Assembly: GCA_000165345.1 (NCBI GenBank)
Contig: CM000434.1
Span: 1,120,001 to 1,184,000 of the forward strand
DNA length: 64,000 nt
Direction: 5' to 3'
In this document: positions 41,969-51,099 of the stretch, piece after piece
Position numbering within the stretch: the stretch's first letter is position 1
Layout: each line of letters starts with the position of its first letter
The notes under the pieces: model-generated
Databases searched by the model: none
The model's input: only the letters and a program-made list of their open reading frames with translations
What the model was told of the DNA's origin: nothing
Made by a program: the position numbers and the translations under genes

Positions 41969-43174
41969 TTATATTGATTGATTAATCACTGGATACACTG
42001 GCTCAACCAATATACCACATGTTCCCTTCTTTCCAGAATGAAGAGCTAGTTTGATGTATCCTTTCTCTCCCCACGCTTCACCCCAGCTATTTCTTACTAG
42101 CCAATATTCTTTATTAGTATCTTCATCCATATCATATCCAACTAGAACAACTCCATGATTAACCTTGGTTCCACAAGGAGCATCGAATACTCCACTTTTA
42201 TAAAACTGGAAAGGGGTTTGATCGGCCTGAATTGCAACTGAAATTGGTCCATACTTAGCCAAAGCAGTCTTTAATGCATTAATATTTCTCGGAAATACAT
42301 ATTTGTAGGCTTTTACAGGAATCTCTATATAATTCTCGCAAAATGAATCCATACATGTTTTTTCCTCAGCAAAGTAAGGGTAATCATCATTAGTACATAA
42401 ATATTTGTTCTTAATTGCATACTGAAAAGCCAATCCCATTGTTCCTCCATCACATCCAAAGTTGCCATTTTGTTTACTGCAATCAACAAATTGCTGTTCA
42501 CTCAAGCTTGGTAATCCTCGGTTTGTTTGAGCACACGTTGCTCCCTCCAAAGCTGCAACAGCAGAGAAAGCCCAACATGACCCACAATTCTTTTGATTTC
42601 TTATTGGGTTCACGCATCCAGCTTCCACCCAATTAATAGAATTTGGGGGAACAAATTCCTCTTCTGATTCGCTTGCTGAGACTCTACTTGACTTAAATAC
42701 CCTTTCATCATCTTTGGAATCTTTTATATATCCTGTGAATCTTGCCATAAACTCTTCTTTCGACAAATCACCAAATTCATTCATTTCTAACACATAACTG
42801 AATCCTTGGCTATTTGTTGTTTTAATAAAGTTCATATTTTGCTTATAAATTTCAAATCTTTGATTTTCCTCCTCCATAGAGCTATATACTTTGTGGTATT
42901 TCTTTTTGAACTCCTCAAAACTCTTTCTATACTCCCTAGTTGCTGGATCAACATAATCACCAGGTACGAAATCGTCAATTTTGTCACTGGTGTTATTAGT
43001 AATATACAAAGATACAGTAACAACCAAAACTATAAAGATTGCAATCAACGTTGCAATTATTATGTTTTTCAACTTTTTATTCGGTTCCCTTTGTTGATTA
43101 GTGCCATTAATTAATGCAATGTATGGTCCAGAAATATATTCCTGATGTTCTTCCACGTTGTTTCCTATGTCCAT
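41969..43174 (-). CDS. Cathepsin L-like papain-family (C1A) cysteine protease with an N-terminal signal-anchor (cryptopain-1-like)
   Basis: 401 aa. The TM anchor reads IIIATLIAIFIVLVVTVSLYI. The pro-region has an ERFNIN-like EENQRFEIYKQN. The catalytic Cys is in QKNCGSCWAFSAVAALEG, the His in VNHGVVLVGYD, and the Asn/Trp in WLVRNSWGEAWGEKGYIKL. Confidence 0.9.
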   Translation of the reverse strand: MDIGNNVEEHQEYISGPYIALINGTNQQREPNKKLKNIIIATLIAIFIVLVVTVSLYITNNTSDKIDDFVPGDYVDPATREYRKSFEEFKKKYHKVYSSMEEENQRFEIYKQNMNFIKTTNSQGFSYVLEMNEFGDLSKEEFMARFTGYIKDSKDDERVFKSSRVSASESEEEFVPPNSINWVEAGCVNPIRNQKNCGSCWAFSAVAALEGATCAQTNRGLPSLSEQQFVDCSKQNGNFGCDGGTMGLAFQYAIKNKYLCTNDDYPYFAEEKTCMDSFCENYIEIPVKAYKYVFPRNINALKTALAKYGPISVAIQADQTPFQFYKSGVFDAPCGTKVNHGVVLVGYDMDEDTNKEYWLVRNSWGEAWGEKGYIKLALHSGKKGTCGILVEPVYPVINQSI

Positions 43175-43287
43175 TTTACTTAATTACTTTTTAGTTCAAT
43201 TAACTTCAACATATAATCATCAAATTTTTTTGAATATCTTGTCATGTCATCTTATTATTATTCTTGAAAAACTATGACATGCCCACA

Positions 43288-43380
43288 TAATTGCATGCAA
43301 ATAATTATTTACATTTTAGTCATACAAAATTGCATGCAAATGCCGGTATAGAGAAAATAATTCATTTATCCACATGAAAA
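43288..43380. promoter_or_regulatory. Composite module upstream of the cryptopain gene (ATTGCATGCAAAT x2, GCCGGTATAG, TTATCCACATGAAAAT)
   Basis: The sequence is attgcatgcaaat...attgcatgcaaatgccggtatagag...ttatccacatgaaaat, 115-205 bp upstream of ATG 43174. Confidence 0.45.
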
Positions 43381-43507
43381 TAAAACAAACTTTCTATTAA
43401 TTAGTAATACATTGAGAAATTAGGAAGTTTTAAAAGTCATTAAAAAAAATAAAAAAATTTTCATCTTTTTTAAAATGAATTAAATTCTGAAAATAATTGC
43501 TAATTAG

Positions 43508-44848
43508 TTATGAACTATGGAAATGAGATGAATCATATTCTATATTAAAGGAACAAGTAGTTGACGAAGTATTACTTTTAATTTTATCAATTGTTTCTTT
43601 GGAATATGTCATTGAACTTAATTCGTAGTAATCTCTTTCTGGTTCCTCTTCCGTCTGTATTTCCTCTTCCTCCTGATTAATCTTCACTGATCCAAGTCTA
43701 TAGAGAATTAATCCTAGAATTAAAATAAGTATTCCAATTAAGTCTTCCACTTTCGGCTCAGTTGCTTCTTTCCCTACTAATCTTGGAGAAAAAAATACCA
43801 AAGTAGTAACTGGTAATCTTAGAGTTGAGACAATAAATCCTGTTGAAGCAGTCCCATGCTTCAATACTAATACACTGAAAACATTGCAAATTACATTTGC
43901 AATAAAATATATTAAGACAGGAAATTGTGCTGAATTACAGTTATCACATGGTCTTTGTAATTCTCCTCCACAGCTTTCAGTGATTGAGTTTCTCTTCAAA
44001 AAAAGGCAATTTGCTCCATCAAATAATAAAGAAGGAATTTGATTCATCTCTATTTTCTGAGGACCAAGAATAGACAAACTATTGATTGGTACCAATATAA
44101 ATCCTATGATCACTTGAGTGGCTGCAACGCAAAATTGTAGATAATTCTCATTTAATGACGAGTATTCTCTAAATGAGAGGTCTTTGTAAACTGAACTGGC
44201 TGAAGCTGGAATACATGCAATTACAAATAGAATATTGAATATCAACTGATTTGAATTTTCTGCTCCGCTACTTTTTCTTATCCCTAATATTAATGTCGAC
44301 TTTACTATAAATATGCCCATCACCATAACCGTTGCTCCAATATATTGTAACTTATGAAATCGATCCTTACATATCGATGAAAGCATAACCAGAGTTATTG
44401 GAGTGCACATTTGTCCAAGAACTACTTGCATCACTCCTGATGTGTGAGTGCTTGCAAGTAGAGTTAAGATACTGCTAAATGCGTCAAAAAATCCCATCAT
44501 CCAAAATTTTGACATTGGAAACTCTAAATTATCTCTTGAAAGCTCACCTCTAAAGTATGAAATCAGTAATACCAATCCAAATAATGGGATATATAAAGCA
44601 GAAGTTAATTGTGTTAAAAACCAAACATGGTTTGGCATTGCTGAAGTCATTTTCTTGAAAAATACTGAGTTAAATACAGAAGAAATTAAGAGGCTCATCA
44701 TGCAAACTATCAGAAAAAAGTTCTCTTTGCATGGTTTAATAACTCCTTCGTTAAGTGCACTCATTCCATTTTTTATTAATGTTATTATTTGAATTTGCTC
44801 ATTTTCGCTTTCACTCCCTAACAATAACTCTCTTCCTGAGCCATTCAT
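43508..44848 (-). CDS. CRT: Chloroquine-resistance-transporter (CRT)-like drug/metabolite transporter family membrane protein
   Basis: 446 aa with about 10 TM helices. [43 protein letters not shown] aligns to PfCRT [83 protein letters not shown] aligns to [42 protein letters not shown]. The PfCRT alignment is from memory. Confidence 0.75.
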   Translation of the reverse strand: [446 protein letters not shown]

Positions 44849-45601
44849 ATTAGTATGAACTGATTAACCTTCCAACAAAAGTAATCTCTTTAATTTTCTG
44901 AATATATCTCAACTTATTAAAACCAGTAATCTATACATGAAAAAAAGAAATGTATTGACAAAAGTTATTTAGCTTTTAATTTATATGTTTCTAGGCATCC
45001 CAACTAAAAATTCTAATTTGAATTCCTGCATGCAACGGTGATTAGGTTTGCATGCAGGAATTATATTTTTTATCTTTTTGAAAGCAAATTCTAAAAAAAA
45101 ATATACTAAGTTCTGATTTCCTTATCAAATCCTAAATTTCCATTATTTCCGCTTTTCTTAATTTTTCCTCCAATCAAATACACACTGAATACTATCTTTT
45201 ATTAATTGTATGTATACCAAATCCAATAAACATCCATTCTAATTCCCAACTTCCCCACCTTTAGTAGTTCTGTCTTTATTATTACGAAATACATTGCATG
45301 CAATTTATAAATAATTAGGCGGGAAATTTGAGCCATATTCATCAGTTACGAATATTGAAAATAAAAACTCAAAAATTAAAGGTATATAATCTCATAGAAG
45401 CTTCTACTTTAAATATGTATAGTTTGTGAAATTGGCTAAGAAAAAGTATCTGTCTAAAGCCATTTGTATCAAGCCAAATTGTCTAGTTCAGAACAATAAG
45501 GAGCTCAATATTTATATTATTTGAGCCAACAAAGGACAATCAATAGCCGTCTTTTCCCATAAACCCAATGGTGGAAGCGAATTAAAAGACATGCTCAAAA
45601 T

Positions 45602-45973
45602 TTAAGCATCACATCTTATTCTAAATGAGTTAAATGCGTGTTCTTCCACAGTACGACGATTGGAGACTACGCACTTTTCAATTGTGGAACCGGGACTACC
45701 TTCCCTTTCCAAAAAATCAATCCTAAAGACAAGCATTAAATAATACTAGTGTTTGTGTAATTAAACATACATTTTGATAACAGAATCTTCGTCTCCCTCC
45801 AACTCGCCAATAACCGTACCAGAAGGGGTATTTTTGCACCATCCAAAGACGTTAAGTTCATTAGCCTTAAGAAAAGTGTATTTCCTAAAAGAAACACCCT
45901 GGACTTTACCAAAGACTTCGAACTCACACTTTAACATTCTTAAAACGTCTAAGCTATGTACAATTGAACACAA
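45602..45973 (-). CDS. Acylphosphatase, two exons (45973..45771 and 45722..45602)
   Basis: Exon 1 carries signature 1 FEVFGKVQGVSFRKYT and ...GWCKNTPSGTVIGELEGDEDSVIK. The donor GTATGT is at 45770..45765 and the intron is 48 nt. The acceptor TCTTTAG has its AG at 45724..45723. Exon 2 completes (M)IDFLEREGSPGSTIEKCVVSNRRTVEEHAFNSFRIRCDA, which matches human ACYP MQEWLETRGSPKSHIDKANFNNEKVILKLDYSDFQIVK. About 107 aa in total. Confidence 0.7.
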
Positions 45974-45989
45974 TCTATTCTTATTATTA

Positions 45990-46009
45990 TTTTTTTTTTT
46001 TTTTTTTTT
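45990..46009. repeat. Homopolymeric T20 tract (A20 on the gene strand) 17-36 bp upstream of the acylphosphatase ATG
   Basis: A run of 20 T following ttattattat. Confidence 0.8.
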
Positions 46010-46053
46010 ACTATTAAAGATTATTTATTCACATTGTGCCTTTAATAAATCTG

Positions 46054-46065
46054 TTTGGCGCCAAC
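46054..46065. promoter_or_regulatory. E2F-like box TTTGGCGCCAAC, 81 bp upstream of the acylphosphatase start
   Basis: Palindromic GGCGCC core. Confidence 0.45.
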
Positions 46066-46659
46066 AGCCAGCATATTTTCGAATAATCAAAGAGCGATAT
46101 CTTTTGAAAAAAAATTTATTTTCACACCAAAATGGTAAATTGCCTCGTTTAAAAATATACACAAATTAATACGTATTATTCGATATCCAACAATAGACAA
46201 ACACTGATATGTTCCTCAAAATCACAAGAAATAATACGTCATATAAGTTTCCCGCGTCTCTCCAATCTTGGATATGTATAATTAGACTATAATGGACGAT
46301 ACAGGATAACTATGGACCCAGTATAACTGCCTAGGTCGCACTATACGTGTTATTATCTGACATTTTAATGAGACATAACATTAAATCGTCGGTCGAAAAA
46401 TAATCCTGTTGGGTAACCATCAGGTTACAAAAGGTCGATTTAAATTTTTCCGAGGAATTTGAGACGAGGAGTAAGAGTTCACTACTTAACGCTTAAATAT
46501 AACAGCTACAAGTGTAATATTATGTTCTTTGACCAAAGACTTTCTTCAGAGAAACGGAATATATATATTTTCAACAATTGAGCTTCAACAACTGAATATC
46601 TAAGTTTATTGTTTTAATATATTAAATAGTATTGTTAATATTTATAAAGAGTTGAAAAA

Positions 46660-48423
46660 ATGCCTTTGAGCCAGAATATGAGTATGACTGAACTTTCACG
46701 TTTCAGGACAAGAATATGTGAGAGAAAGGCTTTACATGGAGTATGCGAGCTTGACGAGAGGTGTCCTTTTTCACATTGTCTTTCCTGGCATCGTAGAAAT
46801 CCTTACGAATATGCGTATAGACCGAACTTATGTCCTAATGTAGTTTTCCAGAATGAGAATAAGAAGATGCGTGTTAAGAACTATTGCCAAAGAGGCAGAA
46901 TGTGTATGTTTTCTCATACAAAAGAGGAGCAAATGTATCATGTTTTAGTATATAAGACTCAATTATGTCGCGAATATCCGTTATGTACAAAACATTATTG
47001 TCCATTTGCTCATGGCTTAGATGAATTAAGAAATCCAGAAACTATAGAATTTGACCCAGTACAAGGACCAGAAGTAATTGAACGTCAAAGACTTGTTCAT
47101 GATTGTAATAAATTCAATGAAATTGATTTATCCGAAGATTTGAATGACTCCATAATTATAAGGAATAAGGAGGCTATAATAAGTAACGTTACAACTTCCC
47201 CAATATCTCCATCAAATTCTCCTTTACATTCAAATATGACCGCTTCAAGCCTAGCACCTGTAATGGATCAAACAAAGAGTCAAAATAGTAAATATTCTTT
47301 AAGGAATAAATCTCAAACATCTGCATCAAGTACAAATAACTCACCTAAAAAGGGTGGTAGGGGAAGTAGTTTTAATCACAATAAGGCAAATTCTAATAAT
47401 CAAAATAGACAATTTACAAATCATGAATTATTAAAGGGAGAGTTAACTCCTATAAACAATACAAATGAGTCTCCTGTTACACCATCAACAGGGTGTGAGA
47501 CCCCTCTACATTCTCAAAATCACATTGCTTCAACAGGATTTAAGAATGATGCTCGTAAAACTGTAAATAGAGATTTTCAGAGAAAGGAAGTCGATAGAGC
47601 TAGAGGTGCTTCTCCGAATACAAGAAGTGCGTTTCCTAAAGTTATAGATGGAGACGAAGTTGCTCATGCTAGAGATAATGTGAATATTCCTCCACCTCCT
47701 TATAATGCAATAGGCTTAAATTTTCCATGTAATGAAGGATTAAATGACAATACAGATCCTTCGTCACTATTACCAAACTATGATTTTGGAAGATTTGCAT
47801 GGAATGGCTACTTTGATAGAAATAAGAATTTATTAAATAATAGACTAATCGACTATGAAAAGAATAAAATGGTTCAAGAGCCATTATGTAGTATTGATGA
47901 TTATGGAAATGGGGCAAGTGTCGAACAAATGTCTTATTTAATGCACTTACAATTGCTTTCATTATCAGACTCTCCAGAAAAGTTATTAGAGACAATGAAT
48001 AACAATGATTCAGATTGGAGTTTATCGAATCCTGCTTTTGGAATTACAGGGATTTACAATACTCAACAAAATAGAGATTCAAGTGCATGCAATAGTCCAT
48101 GTAACTTTTCTACAGAATTAAATTCAAATCCTATTCCTTCTACATCTCACCAAGATGCAATAAGATGTCAGAATGAAGTCAAAGTTACTCCTAATTCTCA
48201 ACTTTTCTTATCAAACAACTATTTTGATGATTATAGGTTTGATTTTATTAATGACAATGTTCCTAATCATGACAAGATGGGACTAAGGGACATTAATAAT
48301 TTGTACAATAGATCAGATATTAACTTAAAGATCGATTGTACAGATAATTCATGGAATCTGTTTCATCCAAGCTTACTTGGTTCAAGTACCAGAGATGGAG
48401 ATTTTTGGACGGAAGGGAAATGA
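46660..48423 (+). CDS. CCCH-type zinc finger protein (tandem C-x-C-x-C-x-H fingers), hypothetical RNA-binding
   Basis: 587 aa. The N-terminal 130 aa contain several CCCH fingers (RICERKALHGVCELDERCPFSH; YCQRGRMCMFSH; LCREYPLCTKHYCPFAH). The rest is S/N-rich low complexity. Confidence 0.6.
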   Translation: MPLSQNMSMTELSRFRTRICERKALHGVCELDERCPFSHCLSWHRRNPYEYAYRPNLCPNVVFQNENKKMRVKNYCQRGRMCMFSHTKEEQMYHVLVYKTQLCREYPLCTKHYCPFAHGLDELRNPETIEFDPVQGPEVIERQRLVHDCNKFNEIDLSEDLNDSIIIRNKEAIISNVTTSPISPSNSPLHSNMTASSLAPVMDQTKSQNSKYSLRNKSQTSASSTNNSPKKGGRGSSFNHNKANSNNQNRQFTNHELLKGELTPINNTNESPVTPSTGCETPLHSQNHIASTGFKNDARKTVNRDFQRKEVDRARGASPNTRSAFPKVIDGDEVAHARDNVNIPPPPYNAIGLNFPCNEGLNDNTDPSSLLPNYDFGRFAWNGYFDRNKNLLNNRLIDYEKNKMVQEPLCSIDDYGNGASVEQMSYLMHLQLLSLSDSPEKLLETMNNNDSDWSLSNPAFGITGIYNTQQNRDSSACNSPCNFSTELNSNPIPSTSHQDAIRCQNEVKVTPNSQLFLSNNYFDDYRFDFINDNVPNHDKMGLRDINNLYNRSDINLKIDCTDNSWNLFHPSLLGSSTRDGDFWTEGK

Positions 48424-48684
48424 AAGGATATTACAGCTAATTATTAATTTATTAAAAATTTAAATTTCATGCTTACAGCTTTATTCTTATTGGTTTTCTC
48501 CTTAGTACTTTCTCGGCTAATTAATCAATTATGGTCGAGATAATTCATGCTTAACGTTCTTTTGTTTGTGATTTTTAAATAAAGGAATCAGCTAAACAAT
48601 TTTATTCTTTAATTGGGCCTAGATTACTTATTGTTTTTTTTCTTAGTGATGAAGTTTTGTATTAATTAATTTTTATCTTTACGA

Positions 48685-48786
48685 TTTGCATGCATTTCTT
48701 TTTTTATTATTGACTACATGCGCAATACTCACATGCAAATTTAGTACCGGTGTTTTGATTACGTGTAATAATTTTATGTGGACAAC
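48685..48786. promoter_or_regulatory. Composite module (TTTGCATGCATTT, ACATGCAAATTT, TACCGGTG, ATTACGTGTAAT, ATGTGGACAAC) upstream of the gene at 49246
   Basis: The sequence is tttgcatgcattt...acatgcaaatttagtaccggtgttttgattacgtgtaataattttatgtggacaac. Confidence 0.45.
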
Positions 48787-49245
48787 ATTTTATTCTGTAT
48801 GTTTGTATTTTTAATTCTTGTGTCTGTAGTTTGATTAAAATTAATCTCGGAAATGTAAGAAAGAAGAAGAGATTATGGCAATTTAAAAGTTATTTTTGCG
48901 ATAGATGTGGAAACTAAGACGATGTTAGTTTTTGAGAAGTAGGAGAGTCAGTTTTTATTTCATTTATTGATTTTATTTCAAGGTTTACAAGTCAAAGAGG
49001 TTAAGGTAAAATTCAAATGACGGGATTACAGCAAAATATTGCAAAGTAGCAATATTAGACCTAAATGTTTTTTGTATTGTAAATCAACCAGAATTTTTAG
49101 CATAAATAATACAAAGGTCAATTTATTAAACACCCAAAATTGGTGTTTTGTTAAGTGTGCAAAGGGTGACCGCAAAATGTCAAAAAATCAAAAATATTGC
49201 AACTAAAGGAAAAATCACTAAATACAACATAAATGTTGAGATAAT

Positions 49246-50967
49246 ATGAAAAGTAATGAAATTTTTGAAAGAATCAAAAAGAGCTTTAAGACAAGGGTGG
49301 AGGACTTTAAGCAAGGCAGACAGAGTTGGAGATTGAAGGAATGGCATCATCTACAATCAATACTGTATTTAATCTATGGAGCAGGAGCGCTCGTTTTTGT
49401 GAGATTGATAGCTAATTCAAACCCAGATAACAACAACTATGATCATTTTGTGAATGATCCAAATGATCCAGGGAGTTCATTCACCCATTGTGGGATTACT
49501 CCAATGTTTAATATGATACCAATTCCGGGATCTTACATATTATTAATATACTCAGTTTATTCTTTATCAATAATAAGCTTGACAATTTCATTCTTATCAT
49601 TTATATTGGGATTCAGTTTCAAATTTTTCAGCAGAATTCCTAGAAGCTACTTTTTCTCTCCATCAAAAAGAACAAGAGTATTGGGTTTTTGCTGCAAGAT
49701 ATTACCAATAATTATCAGAATTTTGAATTTGTTTTTTATTCTACTTTTGGTCATCCCATTTATATATATCACAACCAGTGGAGCTTGTTACAGGAGATTA
49801 GTTAGATTTGAAAGAAATAAAGTACAAAATTGCAGGATATGGGTTAATAAATGTGCAAAAGACCACCGAATTTTTGGAAGGCATTTAGAATGCAGTTTAA
49901 GAAAAAACTTTAAACACTTTCCAACGGAAATTGTTGAAGATCCCACAATTGGCGAAAATCTCGACATTATTATTGGAGGTCCAATGCCTCTGTTATGTCC
50001 TATGTGCAATGAAGTGAGAATGGACCCAAAATCACCTTTATATAAAGGAGAAGCTTATGTTGAGCAACTTAAGTCATCTATCTCTAAAATGGAAGCAATT
50101 AATATTAAAGACAGGTCATTATATCAGGTAGAAGCATTATCGCTTATTCAATTAAGTAATCATATTTCCACAAGATCCGAGAATATTCCTAATATTTATA
50201 CAATCCAAGATTACGAAGAGATGATAAAGCCTATTATGTTTAATAATATTTCACCATTAATGCAAAAGATCATTAGTAATCGCCAGAATTTATATGGCTA
50301 TTTTAAACTTTTGCCATTTTCACTTATCCAACTCGAATCTAATGTGAAAGGCAAGACCAATGAAAAAGAAAAAAATGATGATTTGGTTTCTCTAGAAGAG
50401 CCTATTAGTATTGATTTTAATTCTGAATATATTAAAAATTATGATAATTATAGACCCTCCATACAACTACCTTCAAAAGTTAGTATTCCATCCAAATTTA
50501 AGTCAATTGTTGAAAAATATGCTGCAGCTCTTTCATCACAGGTAAATGGTGATACTTTATTTAGTGAAGAAGTTACTCAAAAAAAAGATACTTTTCCAAA
50601 CAAAAATCCTAAAAAGAATCAACATAAAGAGGTTGACAAAGCAACTCTAAATAATTCATATAAAAGCACATTTTATTTTAGTGGCGACTCTAACCCCACT
50701 CCACTAACTATAGATCAAAGTATCGATTTAAACAGAGAATTTGAAGCTGCAAGATATCAAATACAAGTTTCCATGCACGAAGGAAGCAACTTTTCAAGAT
50801 CAATCTTTGTATTTATGCTCATCTCTCTCATTTTTTGGGCATTGACACGCTTCTTTTCTTTTGCTATCTTTGATACTACCAGAAATGAGGCCTGCTTTTA
50901 TGTTCCTAATTCAAAAAGAACGCTCATTTGGTCCAAGCTAAGAACTTTCTTGGACATACTAAGCTAA
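49246..50967 (+). CDS. Hypothetical polytopic membrane protein
   Basis: 573 aa. Hydrophobic helices are at about residues 35-55, 95-120 and 150-175, with a C-terminal TM (IFVFMLISLIFWALTRFF). It has a CPMCNEV motif and no recognisable domain. Confidence 0.45.
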   Translation: MKSNEIFERIKKSFKTRVEDFKQGRQSWRLKEWHHLQSILYLIYGAGALVFVRLIANSNPDNNNYDHFVNDPNDPGSSFTHCGITPMFNMIPIPGSYILLIYSVYSLSIISLTISFLSFILGFSFKFFSRIPRSYFFSPSKRTRVLGFCCKILPIIIRILNLFFILLLVIPFIYITTSGACYRRLVRFERNKVQNCRIWVNKCAKDHRIFGRHLECSLRKNFKHFPTEIVEDPTIGENLDIIIGGPMPLLCPMCNEVRMDPKSPLYKGEAYVEQLKSSISKMEAINIKDRSLYQVEALSLIQLSNHISTRSENIPNIYTIQDYEEMIKPIMFNNISPLMQKIISNRQNLYGYFKLLPFSLIQLESNVKGKTNEKEKNDDLVSLEEPISIDFNSEYIKNYDNYRPSIQLPSKVSIPSKFKSIVEKYAAALSSQVNGDTLFSEEVTQKKDTFPNKNPKKNQHKEVDKATLNNSYKSTFYFSGDSNPTPLTIDQSIDLNREFEAARYQIQVSMHEGSNFSRSIFVFMLISLIFWALTRFFSFAIFDTTRNEACFYVPNSKRTLIWSKLRTFLDILS

Positions 50968-51010
50968 ACTATTAAATTATAATCTTCTTTGTCCCGGGTT
51001 CCTGTGACGA

Positions 51011-51092
51011 GTCGATCTGCCCGAGTGGTTAAGGGGCTTGACTAGAAATCAAGTGCGGTCTCCGCGCACAGGTTCGAATCCTGTGGTCGACG
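51011..51092 (+). tRNA. tRNA-Ser (anticodon AGA), class II with a long variable arm
   Basis: The sequence is GTCGATC-TG-CCCGAGTGGTTAAGGGG-C-TTGAC-TAGAAAT-CAAG...long variable arm GTGCGGTCTCCGCGCAC...AGGTTCGAATCCTGT-GGTCGAC-G. The 7-bp acceptor stem pairs, including one G-U. U33 precedes AGA. The T-loop is GGTTCGAATCC. 82 nt. Confidence 0.85.
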
Positions 51093-51099
51093 GTTTTTT
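51093..51099 (+). terminator. Pol III oligo-T terminator (GTTTTTT) immediately 3' of tRNA-Ser
   Basis: A T6 run follows directly after the discriminator base. Confidence 0.5.

Noticed and set aside
46290-46330. Possible U6 snRNA-like segment (ACGATACAG...ATGGACCC)
   Set aside because: Only a short partial match. It lacks the ACAGAGA box and the AGC triad context, and there is no 5' stem-loop or oligo-T terminator.
46465-46560. Possible 5'UTR intron of the CCCH gene (GTAAGA at 46465 with TTCAG at about 46550)
   Set aside because: The donor deviates from the strict GTAAGT seen elsewhere in the window, and there is no coding constraint to test phase. It is too speculative.
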